From an uncultured Chroococcidiopsis sp. (lineage in GTDB: Bacteria; Cyanobacteriota; Cyanobacteriia; Cyanobacteriales; Chroococcidiopsidaceae): 64,000 bases of DNA. Below, piece by piece: positions 29,615 through 39,934 of this stretch. The number at the start of each line of letters is the position of its first letter. Position 1 is the stretch's first letter. The position numbers and the translations under genes were made by a program. Location: assembly GCA_964248365.1 (NCBI GenBank), contig CAXTYC010000001.1:320001-384000 (forward strand), in the 5' to 3' direction. Under the pieces are notes generated by a model. It searched no databases. It was not told the origin of the DNA and saw only the letters and a program-made list of their open reading frames with translations.

Positions 29615-31306
29615 TCATCCTTTGAACACAGATTGCACAGTCGATTTGATTGAATCTCTTGCATCCTTGAGTGTCTCAGCGATGGGATGCTGTTCGTGCA
29701 AGAAAACCCTAGCACAGTTACGTCCTGGCAATCCTGAAATCGATCCGCCTGGATGCGTCCCTGCACCTGTAAGAAACAGATTCTCAATCGGGGTCTTATA
29801 ATTAGCCAATTCCGGTAAGGGGCGGAAGCACAGCATTTGATCTAATGTCATGTCGAGGTGGTAGTAGTTCCCCTTGTAAAACCCTAGACGTTGTGACAAC
29901 TCGGCTGGGCTTTCCACATGACGAGCGATAATTGAGTATTTGAGATTGGGTGAATAGTGTGCTAGTTTTTCGACTACGCGATCGGCAACTTTGTTTTTCA
30001 GTTCATCCGTCCAACCCGTACCCTTCAATCCTGTGCCTTCTGCACCTGCAATTTGATACGGTGCAAAAAACTCAATCCACGCTGTATGCTTGCCGGATGG
30101 AGCCATTGAAGGGTCAAGTCCGGTAGGCATAACCATATACATGGAGGGGTCTTCATCTGGAATTTTGCCGATTGAACAGTCGCTATGAGCCTTTTCCACA
30201 TGATTGACCGAATCTGCAATCAGGATAGAGCCAATCAGGTATTCATCCTTGTGTTCGTGGTGTTCAAACCGCAACGGCTCGTTTAAAGCCAAGTCAATTT
30301 TGAGGATGCTTTCATTATTATCAAAGATGCGGCGGTCTATTCTTTCGTGCAAATTTGGATCGGCACTATCTACATCGCTTTTTTCCACCATGTTCAGGAA
30401 TAAGCGCTTAGCATCGATACTTGAAATTACACCTTTGTTAGCGCGATATTCTTTACCACCAGCAACTCTCACACCGACCGCTTTACCATCATCAACTAAG
30501 ACTTGTTCAACGATCTTTTCGGTGAGAATTACGCCACCTAGACTTTGTACTGCTTTGACTAATGCTTCAGTTAGTGCGCCAGTCCCGCCGCGTGGTCGCG
30601 CCATACCTGGTTCATGACGCATAACCATCATCATCGCCCCGAAAGCCATTGCTTTTTGAGAGGGGGGAGAACTCAGTTCGGCTGAGAGTCGCGCCAAGGG
30701 TGCTTTGAGAAACTCGGAATCAAAATACTCGTTAATATTGTCTAGGGGACTGCCTAGAATTGTACGCAGAAAATCCAAAGTATCGTTAGCACCGCCCAAA
30801 AGTGAGAAAAGGTTTTTAAGACTACTTAGATCGTAGTTTCCCGCCATTCCTACCAAATCTTTGGGCGGGGCGTTGAAAAATGGAGTAACTGATCGCACGA
30901 AACGCTGCCAAAAGTCAACATATTCGGCATATTTTTTGGCATCGCGATCGCTATATCGGGCAATCTCTGCACAAGTCTTTTCGACTGATTTATGAGCTAG
31001 GAAATACTTACCATCGGGATGGGGACAAAAGACGACTGGATCGCACTGAAGGTACTCTAAGCCGTATTTATATAGTTCTAATTCCTCTATTACAGGTCCG
31101 AGGAAAATAAATAGGTGGTTGATAGCGCAGGGGTTAAATTTGAAACCAGGCGCTTGTTGGGGCATAAGTTCTTCTGTAGTGCAACCGCCACCAGGAAGCG
31201 ATCGCGCCTCCAGTAGCAAAACGCTGTATCCTGCTTTGAGTAGATAGGCTGCACACACTAGCGCATTGTGTCCTGCGCCAATAATAACGACATCGTACGC
31301 TTCCAT
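29615..31306 (-). CDS. CrtO-like FAD oxidoreductase, divergent paralogue
   Basis: GAGHNAL..A, PRGGTGAL, GNYYHLDM and GAGTHPGG; colinear with 37147-38847. Confidence 0.85.
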   Translation of the reverse strand: MEAYDVVIIGAGHNALVCAAYLLKAGYSVLLLEARSLPGGGCTTEELMPQQAPGFKFNPCAINHLFIFLGPVIEELELYKYGLEYLQCDPVVFCPHPDGKYFLAHKSVEKTCAEIARYSDRDAKKYAEYVDFWQRFVRSVTPFFNAPPKDLVGMAGNYDLSSLKNLFSLLGGANDTLDFLRTILGSPLDNINEYFDSEFLKAPLARLSAELSSPPSQKAMAFGAMMMVMRHEPGMARPRGGTGALTEALVKAVQSLGGVILTEKIVEQVLVDDGKAVGVRVAGGKEYRANKGVISSIDAKRLFLNMVEKSDVDSADPNLHERIDRRIFDNNESILKIDLALNEPLRFEHHEHKDEYLIGSILIADSVNHVEKAHSDCSIGKIPDEDPSMYMVMPTGLDPSMAPSGKHTAWIEFFAPYQIAGAEGTGLKGTGWTDELKNKVADRVVEKLAHYSPNLKYSIIARHVESPAELSQRLGFYKGNYYHLDMTLDQMLCFRPLPELANYKTPIENLFLTGAGTHPGGSISGLPGRNCARVFLHEQHPIAETLKDARDSIKSTVQSVFKG

Positions 31307-31433
31307 GACTGAGGATTCGGGTGTATGATACTTTCTTCTTCCCCGATATTAGAAAGCGCTTAAGAATTCTAAATCTTTCGCCAGTTATAGAATCAGGACT
31401 CAGGTATTTGTGTAATTAAGCTTTTGTCCGCAC

Positions 31434-31859
31434 TTAATCAACGGGAGGATGCCAACCACACAATTACCCAACGCCTGCGAGCAACAATTATAACTGGATT
31501 ATTCATACGCAGACGCAAAGGCTGTAGCTCGACCGATAGCAGTTATACCTTCAACCCTTATGCCATCAAAACTCCAGGCAAAATGCTCAAACCATATTTG
31601 CAAGGGGATTAAACAGGGATAGAGTTTCTCCGGTCAATGGGTCTACAGCATCAGTTGCATCACCTTTGAATTCGTTGCACGAACGACAGGCTAAACAAAC
31701 ATCCTCCTCGGTTGTCTCTCCACCTTTAGAAATAGGCTGAATATGATCCTACGTCATAGGAATCCCGCTATTTGCTTCGCTAGTCAAGCAATAGCAGCAA
31801 CGCGCTTGGTCGCTATTTACAATTCGATTTCGTAAACTTTCAGGAATATATGCAGACAC
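31434..31859 (-). pseudogene. HNH endonuclease pseudogene
   Basis: RCCYC...MT*DHIQP.SKGG...CLACRSCN...LFNP, then WFEHFAW...GRAT, then MNNP...RRRWV...HPP; one stop codon and several frameshifts. Confidence 0.88.
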
Positions 31860-31865
31860 TATGAA

Positions 31866-32270
31866 TCATGGAGTTAGCACACTATGTCCCCGCCAACGTA
31901 GTAATACTGCTGCTTGGGCTTTTCGTAGCATAAAACGGTCAGCCTCCTGCCGCAGTACTGCCAACTCTATGCATTGGGCTTCAGTAAGTAAACCGCTTGA
32001 GTTATCTTCAAGCAAAATGTTGTATCGTTCCATGTCTGTGGTTGTTTTTCGACTATGGAAAATCTGCCACAGGGTATTATCATCTACTTTGTCCAAGGCA
32101 GCAAGGTCAGCCTGAAATTCCTCTGGTACATCATCCCATGTTGGGGGGCTGCCTACTTGTAAAGCATGAAGCATGACTTCTTCAAGAGGGCGCTGCGTAG
32201 CGTGGGCAGTATTAACTAAGCGCCGATAGAGTATTTCTGGTATTTGGAGAGTAACAGTTTCAGCTGGCAT
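31866..32270 (-). CDS. Antitoxin-like partner protein upstream of the HNH gene
   Basis: RHH-like N-terminus VTLQIPEILYRRL and C-terminal MLRKAQAAVLLRWRGH, typical of HNH-associated small proteins. Confidence 0.7.
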   Translation of the reverse strand: MPAETVTLQIPEILYRRLVNTAHATQRPLEEVMLHALQVGSPPTWDDVPEEFQADLAALDKVDDNTLWQIFHSRKTTTDMERYNILLEDNSSGLLTEAQCIELAVLRQEADRFMLRKAQAAVLLRWRGHSVLTP

Positions 32271-32367
32271 ATTTAATCTTTACTAATAGCTAATTATTAT
32301 ACATTTAGTCAAGATTGAGTTGCGATTGTTTCAATTACATTTCTAATATTTACATCTAAAGATATTC

Positions 32368-33230
32368 TCAAGTTTGCACTGCAAATTCTTCTGGATCAAT
32401 TCCCCAATTCACCCTGCGAATTGCTTCTCTTGCAGATGTTATATTAGGCGCTACTCGTAAAGCGTGAATGTATCGTGTGCTAGGGCAACGATTTTTATTC
32501 AATCAATTGTTTCGGACGTTGCTCTACTATAATTAGGATACATACTATAACCATCAGCACACTCAATAGCAGGTTTTCTTCGATCATGCTGGCGAGTTGG
32601 CTTGTAAAAAGAGAATCTGATATAACGCTCGCAAACTGCACAAGTCATTTTAAATGGGTAAATCCAACCACAATGCTTGACTATTAACTGAAATACCTCC
32701 CAATTTGTTCGATTTGTAGCACAACTTAATACTGCAATACAAAAATCTAATAAACTGCTAGCACAAACCCATTCTTCAAGTTTAATACAGTTATCAATTT
32801 TGCTTGTTAGTTGCCTAATCAGGTTTTTCCTCAATTGTGATTGAAGCTGTCTAGTTAGTTCAAGCTTTTCTCTCAAAAGTTGTCTATATAGCTGGTTAAA
32901 CAGTTGCTCGTCTAGTTGTTGGTATATCTGCAAATCCAGTTGATTTCTCACTTGCTTCACTGGTTGTAAACGTTGTGACTTCAGTTGTTTGCTAAGTGGG
33001 TTTCCAAGGTGATGGTAAATAATTGTTTTAGCAGCGGCATAAGGACTATCATAAAAAACTATTTCTGGCTCATTAACATAACACAAAGCATAAGCTGCTT
33101 TTATTGCATCGGCTGCTTTTTCCCGATCAATTCTCTGAGTTGAAAGTGCTATCTTTCGCCACTCCCGATACACTGGAATTAAAGCTTCTTGTTCTGGTGT
33201 AAGGAAGGTAATAATTTTGTTTTCAGTCAT
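32368..33230 (-). pseudogene. Degraded DUF6745-family gene (ORF 32499-33230 plus detached C-terminus)
   Basis: LTPEQEALIPVYR, DSPYAA and CGWIYPF..C.VCER; the remnant CPST..IHALRVAPNITSAREAIRRVNWGIDPEEFAVQT* ends at 32368. Confidence 0.75.
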
Positions 33231-33346
33231 CAGACGTTACTCTCGGTATACAGGGAGGTAGAACCTCTAATAAAAGTATTCCCAGGCTGAACCTGGGAAA
33301 TAGATAAAGCTAGATAGAAGAAAGCTCCAGTTAACCAAACATTAGC

Positions 33347-33660
33347 CTACGCCACAGCACATCCCTTAGAGAGCCTGAACTCAGGCTCTCGAAAGCCTAA
33401 AACAATATGTTCTTTAGGAATTCCTGCTGCTGTCAAGTCGCTGGCGATACCGTGTTCGGTTCCGTTGCATTATCCAAATTTTGCTATTAATAATGTCTAT
33501 ATAAACAATACAAGCATGAACTCGGCGATCGCCATCCCATCCCATATTTACCATTAAATAGCGATCGTGTGTGTGATCAAAGACTACTTCAGTTTTAAAC
33601 TTGCCGTAGGCGTAGGGAATAGCAGCATATTCAGATAAACTCTGCTCAATAATTCTCCGA
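33347..33660 (-). pseudogene. xisI: XisI family pseudogene
   Basis: FDHTHDRYLMVNMGWDGDRRVHAC...IDIINSKIWI, a frameshift, then GTEHGIASDLTAAGIPKEHIVLGF...AVA*; no start codon. Confidence 0.88.
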
Positions 33661-33665
33661 GTTGA

Positions 33666-34316
33666 TTAAAACACTACTTTACGACAATGAAAGGCTTCCG
33701 CATATTTATGAGGTGAATTTGACTCAATTCCTCTCAGCCTTAATATTGATAAAAAAGTATCTTCTGTAAACCACTGCTTTTCTTTTTGCGATTGAAAGCT
33801 ATCAAGAATATACTTAACTTTATCCTGACAAATTTTTTCGTCTAGATGCACAAAAAAATTAGGTATTCCTAAATCGCCATCGTATTTAGGAATTTCATAT
33901 TCTAAAATTAAATGATTTCTAAATGTGTTCCAAGTCAAATCAGAAATTAAGCGATGATCTTGATGCAAATCATGTCGATAGTGTGTAAAAATAATATCAG
34001 GGGTAAACTCCTGCTTAAATTGTTCAAATACTTCTTTAACTTCAATTCCGTGAAAAGGGAGAAAACCATCTCTAAATTTTTTAATTAATACTTTTGCTTT
34101 TACGTCTTTTAAAAACTTATTTGCACTATGATAAGCTTCCTGCTCTCTCTGTGTATTTGCACTAAATACAACCCAATAAAATTCAATATTTGAATAATTC
34201 TTTATTAATTTTAAGATAGTGCCTCCACAGCCAATTTCTATGTCATCGCAATGCGAACCTAGACACAGAACCTTGTAAGCTGAATCTGGCGTTTGCTCAA
34301 GTCTAAATTTAAGCAT
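33666..34316 (-). CDS. PIG-L/LmbE family deacetylase
   Basis: Motifs GSHCDDIEIGCGG, DLHQDH and YEIPKYDGDLG. Confidence 0.9.
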   Translation of the reverse strand: MLKFRLEQTPDSAYKVLCLGSHCDDIEIGCGGTILKLIKNYSNIEFYWVVFSANTQREQEAYHSANKFLKDVKAKVLIKKFRDGFLPFHGIEVKEVFEQFKQEFTPDIIFTHYRHDLHQDHRLISDLTWNTFRNHLILEYEIPKYDGDLGIPNFFVHLDEKICQDKVKYILDSFQSQKEKQWFTEDTFLSILRLRGIESNSPHKYAEAFHCRKVVF

Positions 34317-34468
34317 ACTATAGAGGTTTTATTATTGATATTCGGTAAATATATTATTAAAGATACCCCCTTGACAAAGAAATTACAACAGATAACAGTT
34401 AAAAAAATAGTATAGGGCGTAAGGTGGGCAATGCCCACCCTACAGTTATAACCATCTTTATTTATTTA

Positions 34469-35311
34469 TCAGCCCAAATTTAATAGCTGAGAATCACGCC
34501 CATTCTGATAAGAATTTAGACTAACTACCTTCTCTAAACCCTTCCACACAGCCCAAGGAGCATTACCTTGAGAATACATATCATCTAGCTGTTGTTGCTC
34601 TTTAAAGGTGTCCATGCAAGCCCAGAAGCCATCATACTTATGAGCAATTAGTTGTTCTTGTTGGATTAGTCTTTCAAACGGTTCACATACCAACTCTTCT
34701 CCTGAATTGATATATTGAAATATTTCTTGTTTGAAGATAAAATATCCTCCATTAATCCTAACACCAGCTTCTTTTACATCTTGAATGTTGTTAACTACAC
34801 CATTTTCTTGCATGGTAACAAGATGAAAACTATGAGATGGTTTCACACATATAAAGCTAGCTATTTTATCCTGCTTGTGAAAATGTTCGATCATGTTGGG
34901 CAGATATAAATCTGTTAATCCATCACTATAGTTAGCTAAAAATACTTCTTCTCCTTCTAAATATTCTTCAACAGCTTTAAATCTTTGACCAATATTTGAA
35001 TTCAAACCTGTATCGACAAAAGTAATCTTCCAATCTGCAATATCACTATTGCTAAGTTGAATTTTTTTGCCTCCTTCCATTAAAGTAAAATCGTTAGAAA
35101 TGCACTCGTCATAGTTGAGAAAATAATTTTTGATTACATCTGCTTTATAACCAAGGCACAAAATAAAATCTTTATGTCCAAAGGAAGCATAATATTTCAT
35201 TACGTGCCATAATATCGGTCTGTAGCCAATATGAACCATTGGCTTAGGAATACTTGATGAAAACTCTCTCAGCCTAGTTCCTAATCCGCCGCAAAATAAA
35301 ACTACTTTCAT
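34469..35311 (-). CDS. Glucose-1-phosphate cytidylyltransferase-like nucleotidyltransferase
   Basis: Motifs CGGLGTRL, PKPMV, YSDGL, INGGYF and FWACMDT. Confidence 0.9.
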   Translation of the reverse strand: MKVVLFCGGLGTRLREFSSSIPKPMVHIGYRPILWHVMKYYASFGHKDFILCLGYKADVIKNYFLNYDECISNDFTLMEGGKKIQLSNSDIADWKITFVDTGLNSNIGQRFKAVEEYLEGEEVFLANYSDGLTDLYLPNMIEHFHKQDKIASFICVKPSHSFHLVTMQENGVVNNIQDVKEAGVRINGGYFIFKQEIFQYINSGEELVCEPFERLIQQEQLIAHKYDGFWACMDTFKEQQQLDDMYSQGNAPWAVWKGLEKVVSLNSYQNGRDSQLLNLG

Positions 35312-35368
35312 TGCAGGTATCCTCATTTTTTGATTTGAACTGGACTTAAATGGGGTTGAAAAGAATTG

Positions 35369-36601
35369 CTAACAAATATGAACATGGGGAATTGGTACAA
35401 CAAATTGACAGCCCCACTCGCGCACATAAGACATTTGTGCCATTATCTCGTTTTTAAGATTCCAAGGTAAAATCAACAGATAATCTGGCTTGGTTTCTTT
35501 GATTTTGTCTGGGTGAAAAATTGGTATATGTGTTCCTGGTAGTAATTTACCTTGTTTATAAGGATTGCGGTCTACAGTGTAGTCCAGAAAATCAGTTCTA
35601 ATACCACAATAATTCAATAGTGTATTACCTTTACCTGGAGCGCCGTAACCAGCAATTGATTTCCCTTCGCGTTTAGCCGTAATTAAAAACTCTAAAAGTT
35701 TAAACTTTGTTTCTTCTACCTTCTTGCTGAAGGATTTGTAGTTTTCTATGTTACTAAATCCGGCAGCTTCTTCTCTAGCTTTTAGTTCCTTTACTTGCTC
35801 AGTAGTCTCTTTAGATTTATCTTCAGCATGACAAGCATAAATTCTCAAGGAACCACCATGAGTTGAGAGTTCTTCTACATCAAAAATTCTTAAACCGTGA
35901 GCAGCAAAAACCTTTTCAACTGTAATGAATGAAAAGTAACAGAAGTGTTCATGATAAATAGTGTCAAACTGGTTTTCTTCTATCAACCGCATTAAATGCG
36001 GAAACTCCATAGTGATGATACCCTGGGGCAGAAGTAATATTTTAATACCTTTGACAAAATCGTTCAGTTCAGGTACATGAGCAAGTACATTATTACCCAG
36101 TATTAAATCAGCTTGCTTGCCCTTGGCAACCAATTCGCGTGCCGTTTTTTCTCCAAAGAACTTTACAAGTGTAGGAATACCTTTGTTTATCGCAACATCA
36201 GCTACATTTGCTGCTGGTTCTATTCCCAAAACAGGTATTTTTTGAGCAACGAAATATTGAAGTAGATAACCATCATTGCTGGCTATTTCAACTACCTGAC
36301 TTGAAGAATTCAAGCCAAAACGTGAGATCATCTTTTCAGTGTAATTCTTGGCGTGTTGTAGCCAACTGTCAGAGTAAGATGAAAAGTAAGCGTATTCGCT
36401 GAAAATTTCCCCAGGGTTTACATACTCTAGAAGTTGTACTAAAAAACAGCGATCGCACACATAAACATGAAGCGGATAAAATGGCTCCATTTGGTTTAGT
36501 TGTTCAGGAGTCAAGTAGCTTTCGCACAGCGGTGACATTCCTAAATCAACAAAGGTGTGTTCTAATGTTGTCCCACAGAATCGACAGCAATAAGGCTTCA
36601 T
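35369..36601 (-). CDS. NDP-hexose C-methyltransferase family protein
   Basis: CRFC and CDRC Zn sites; EIASNDGYLL, NNVLAHVP, FDTIYHEH, HGGSLR and GYGAPGKGNTLLN. Confidence 0.92.
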   Translation of the reverse strand: MKPYCCRFCGTTLEHTFVDLGMSPLCESYLTPEQLNQMEPFYPLHVYVCDRCFLVQLLEYVNPGEIFSEYAYFSSYSDSWLQHAKNYTEKMISRFGLNSSSQVVEIASNDGYLLQYFVAQKIPVLGIEPAANVADVAINKGIPTLVKFFGEKTARELVAKGKQADLILGNNVLAHVPELNDFVKGIKILLLPQGIITMEFPHLMRLIEENQFDTIYHEHFCYFSFITVEKVFAAHGLRIFDVEELSTHGGSLRIYACHAEDKSKETTEQVKELKAREEAAGFSNIENYKSFSKKVEETKFKLLEFLITAKREGKSIAGYGAPGKGNTLLNYCGIRTDFLDYTVDRNPYKQGKLLPGTHIPIFHPDKIKETKPDYLLILPWNLKNEIMAQMSYVREWGCQFVVPIPHVHIC

Positions 36602-37146
36602 TTTTGTATCCTTTTAGGTTAATTTATTAGCCCACCCGCGCATTCCTAGTTGGAAATTGCTCTACTCTTGTCTGTTCGCTACTAGTTTTTACTTTATTTA
36701 AACAGATATCTTATCCAAAAAAATAAATTATTCTGTTTGATTATCCCACTAATAATTATTTATTGGGATTACATATACTGTGAATCTATTTCTCTGCATA
36801 TATTAGGTTTAGAGTTGATATCATTAGTATTAATTAAACGACAATGTACTAACTATAGCAACAACGCATAAATTGTTTTATGATTTTTTTTTTTAAATCT
36901 ATGAAGATTGTATGAATTTTTTTTTAAGCTCAAATTGTTTAAACAGTATGTAAACAAGCTTTGTTTGAAATTATACGTTGATCAAATTCAATACTATCAA
37001 GCTTCAAAAAGCTAAATCCTTCAGACATGGATAAGATATGTCTAAAAAAAGTACAATTTATGACTAACTTTTTTAAATAATATTGTCATTATGAGCGAGC
37101 GCAAAGAATCCAGATTTCCCCGCTCAACAGTGCCAGATACCAGATC

Positions 37147-38847
37147 TCAGACTCTATTGGTTTTAAAGACAGACTCGACGGTTGATTTAATCGACTCTTT
37201 AGCATCCTTAAACTTCTGCGCGATCGGATGTTGTGTCTGCAAAAATACCCTAGCGCAGTTGCGCCCTGGCATACCGGAAATTGAGCCACCTGGATGAGTC
37301 CCTGCACCTGTAAGGAACAATCTATCTATCGGAGTTTTGTAATTAGCTATTTCTGGCAAAGGACGGAAGAATATCATTTGATCTAATGTCATGTCAATAT
37401 GGTAGTAGTTCCCTTTGTAAGCACCTAACCTTTCTCCTAATTCGGCTGGACTTTCAACACGACGAGCAATAATCGAATTTTTCAAATTAGGTGAATAATC
37501 TGCTAATTTATCAACTACCCGATCGGCTACTTGATTTTTTAATTCATCTGTCCAACCTGTACCATTTAAGCCTGTACCTTCTGCACCTGCAATTTGGTAT
37601 GGTGCAAAAAACTCAATCCAAACAGTATGTTTTCCTGCGGGAGCCATTGAAGGATCAAGTCCGGTAGGCATCACCACATACATAGATGGGTTAGCATCTG
37701 GGATTTCTCCCAAGGTACATTTACTATGTGCCTGTTCAACATGACTTACTGAATCTGCAATTAAGATTGAGCCAATTAAATATTCATCTTTGTGTTCGTG
37801 ATGTTCAAAACACAACGGTTTATCTATTGCCAAATCAATTTTGAGAATAGTTTCGTTATTATTAACAATACGGCGTTCTAATCTGTCTCGTAAATGTGGA
37901 TCGGCATCATCAACTTCGCTGGTGTCCATCAATTGCAAAAATACTCGTTTGGCATCAATATTTGATATTACGCCTTTGTTAGCGCGGTATTCTGTACCGT
38001 CAGCTACCTGCACACCTACAGCACGACCGTTATCAATTAAGATTTTCTTAACGTGCTGGTCTGTGAGGATGACACCGCCTTTACTTTTGACTAAATTTAC
38101 CAATGCCTGCACCAATGCACCAGTACCGCCACGCGGTCTAGCCATACCTGGATTATGACGCATTGCCATCATAATCGCACCAATGGCAATTGTTTTTTGG
38201 GAGGGAGGCGCGCCGAGTTCTGAGGCTAGTCTTGCTAAGGGTGCTTTGAGAAATTCCTCGTCAAACCACTCGTTGAGGATATCCTCTGCGCTGGTTAACA
38301 TAGTACGCACAAAGTCTAGGGTTTTATTTGGGGAACCGATGACGGAAAATAAATCTTTGAATTTTTTAATGCTGTAGTTGCCAAAAATATCTATAACTGA
38401 CTTGGGTGGTGCATTGAACATGGGAACCATTGCACTGATTGCCCGTTGCCAGTAGTCTGTATATTGGGCGTATTTTTTCGCGTCGCGATCGCTATATCGG
38501 GCAATTTCTGCACAAGTTTTCTCTAGTGACTTATGTCCTAAAAAGTACTTACCATCTGGATGAGGACAGAACACAACTGGATCGCACTCTAGATACTCCA
38601 GTCCATACTTTTCTAGTTCTAATTCCTCTACCACTGGTCCTAAGTGAATAAACTCATGATCGATCGCACAAAGGTTAAATTTAAAACCAGGTGCTTCTTT
38701 TGGTAGGCATTCTTCCGTCGTTGCTGCACCGCCTGGAACTGAACGTTTCTCCAGTAGTAGGACGCTATATCCTGCTTTCAGCAGATAGGATGCACACACT
38801 AGCCCGTTATGTCCTGCTCCAATCATCACAACATCATAAGCTTGCAT
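37147..38847 (-). CDS. crtO: Beta-carotene ketolase CrtO
   Basis: Motifs GAGHNGL, CAIDHEFIHLGP, PRGGTGAL, GNYYHIDM and GAGTHPGG. Confidence 0.85.
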   Translation of the reverse strand: MQAYDVVMIGAGHNGLVCASYLLKAGYSVLLLEKRSVPGGAATTEECLPKEAPGFKFNLCAIDHEFIHLGPVVEELELEKYGLEYLECDPVVFCPHPDGKYFLGHKSLEKTCAEIARYSDRDAKKYAQYTDYWQRAISAMVPMFNAPPKSVIDIFGNYSIKKFKDLFSVIGSPNKTLDFVRTMLTSAEDILNEWFDEEFLKAPLARLASELGAPPSQKTIAIGAIMMAMRHNPGMARPRGGTGALVQALVNLVKSKGGVILTDQHVKKILIDNGRAVGVQVADGTEYRANKGVISNIDAKRVFLQLMDTSEVDDADPHLRDRLERRIVNNNETILKIDLAIDKPLCFEHHEHKDEYLIGSILIADSVSHVEQAHSKCTLGEIPDANPSMYVVMPTGLDPSMAPAGKHTVWIEFFAPYQIAGAEGTGLNGTGWTDELKNQVADRVVDKLADYSPNLKNSIIARRVESPAELGERLGAYKGNYYHIDMTLDQMIFFRPLPEIANYKTPIDRLFLTGAGTHPGGSISGMPGRNCARVFLQTQHPIAQKFKDAKESIKSTVESVFKTNRV

Positions 38848-39195
38848 TGCCTCCCCTCCCCCTATTATGCATTTTCTTGATCTTAAAAATCAGTTATAAA
38901 ATATACAATCGGTCGTGAGTTAGAAAAATATTACTTTTTAGGGATGCGTTAGGGAAAAAATTTTCCCTGCTTAGTGGCGATCGCCCTTTTTCTCAAGGAA
39001 GTTAGGATTTAGTAATGTCGCGCAAAGGCGCAAAAGTTTAGATTGAAATCTCCCAGCTGGAATTTTAGGAACACGAGCGCAAACAAAATCGAGGTATCGT
39101 ATAGGTTAGTTCTAAAGGCTGATGCACTAAAGAGTCTATTTGTCAAATAATACTTATCAGTAGCAAAATTACAGTATAAAGCGAAGTGTCAGCTT

Positions 39196-39351
39196 ATGCC
39201 GTCTGAACAAGAGAAAGCGACGAAACCAAGTGATAATGTCCTTACTCCACAGGAAAAGCCTTCTTTTCCAGTTGGTATTACTATTACTTTGCTCTTTTTA
39301 ATTATTGGGTTGTTATTTGCATCTCTCTACTACGGCATTATCAACGTATAG
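39196..39351 (+). CDS. 51-aa single-TM small protein (below ORF-track cutoff)
   Basis: MPSEQEKATKPSDNVLTPQEKPSFPVGITITLLFLIIGLLFASLYYGIINV*. Confidence 0.6.
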   Translation: MPSEQEKATKPSDNVLTPQEKPSFPVGITITLLFLIIGLLFASLYYGIINV

Positions 39352-39706
39352 CACGTTTGTTAAAGTCAGTGGGTGTAGTAGTACCCAAAGGGACACGCTA
39401 TGAATGCTAGATGGATTATTATAGCTATCCGGTGTGGCTGTCTTGTTTGAGGTAGGTTACTCACTTGCTGACGATATGCCTGGGCAACTTAATCGGGCTG
39501 CTGTTGCTAAGGAAAAATTGTCAAGTTATTATTGAGCGATCGCTCGAAATTTTTCTGCTTTATCTTATCACTTGTAGCTTCTCCCTTTTTTAGGTGGAGT
39601 TTTGGCAATATTTACTAGTATCTCTTCCCGATGGGCGACGAGAGAAATATTGAAATAGTGTAACACTAAATGTAGTTATTTAATAAAAAAGTCAAAAGGT
39701 ATAGTC

Positions 39707-39820
39707 ATGAAAGACGACAAAAACTATTCCTTCAAAGGCAGCCCTAATGCTGGTTTAGTGCTTTCGATTTTGGCAATACTTGGTGCAATATTAGTTGTTT
39801 CTGTCGGTTTTTCAGGATAA
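39707..39820 (+). CDS. 37-aa single-TM small protein (below ORF-track cutoff)
   Basis: AAAGGT upstream; MKDDKNYSFKGSPNAGLVLSILAILGAILVVSVGFSG*. Confidence 0.55.
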   Translation: MKDDKNYSFKGSPNAGLVLSILAILGAILVVSVGFSG

Positions 39821-39934
39821 TTGTATATAGTTAAACCTCCAATCATCACCCAAAGAGCGGGAAGAGGAAATAACAGCCGCGATCGCATCTACCTTGGGGC
39901 AATTTATTTACTTTTTTGTCCCTGTGATCTTATG

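Noticed and set aside
19097..31752. Amber (TAG) recoding suggested by in-frame TAG codons in the KGK and HNH genes
   Set aside because: The HNH gene also has frameshifts, the residues expected at the two sites differ, and many intact genes here end in TAG. Ordinary decay is the simpler explanation.
33370..33391. GAGAGCCTGA-AC-TCAGGCTCTC hairpin as an ncRNA
   Set aside because: It lies inside the xisI pseudogene coding sequence, and there is no independent support for an RNA gene.
29593..38918. Antisense and alternative-frame ORFs overlapping both crtO genes (e.g. 30204-30617, 37841-38158)
   Set aside because: Their mutual similarity simply mirrors the paralogous sense genes.
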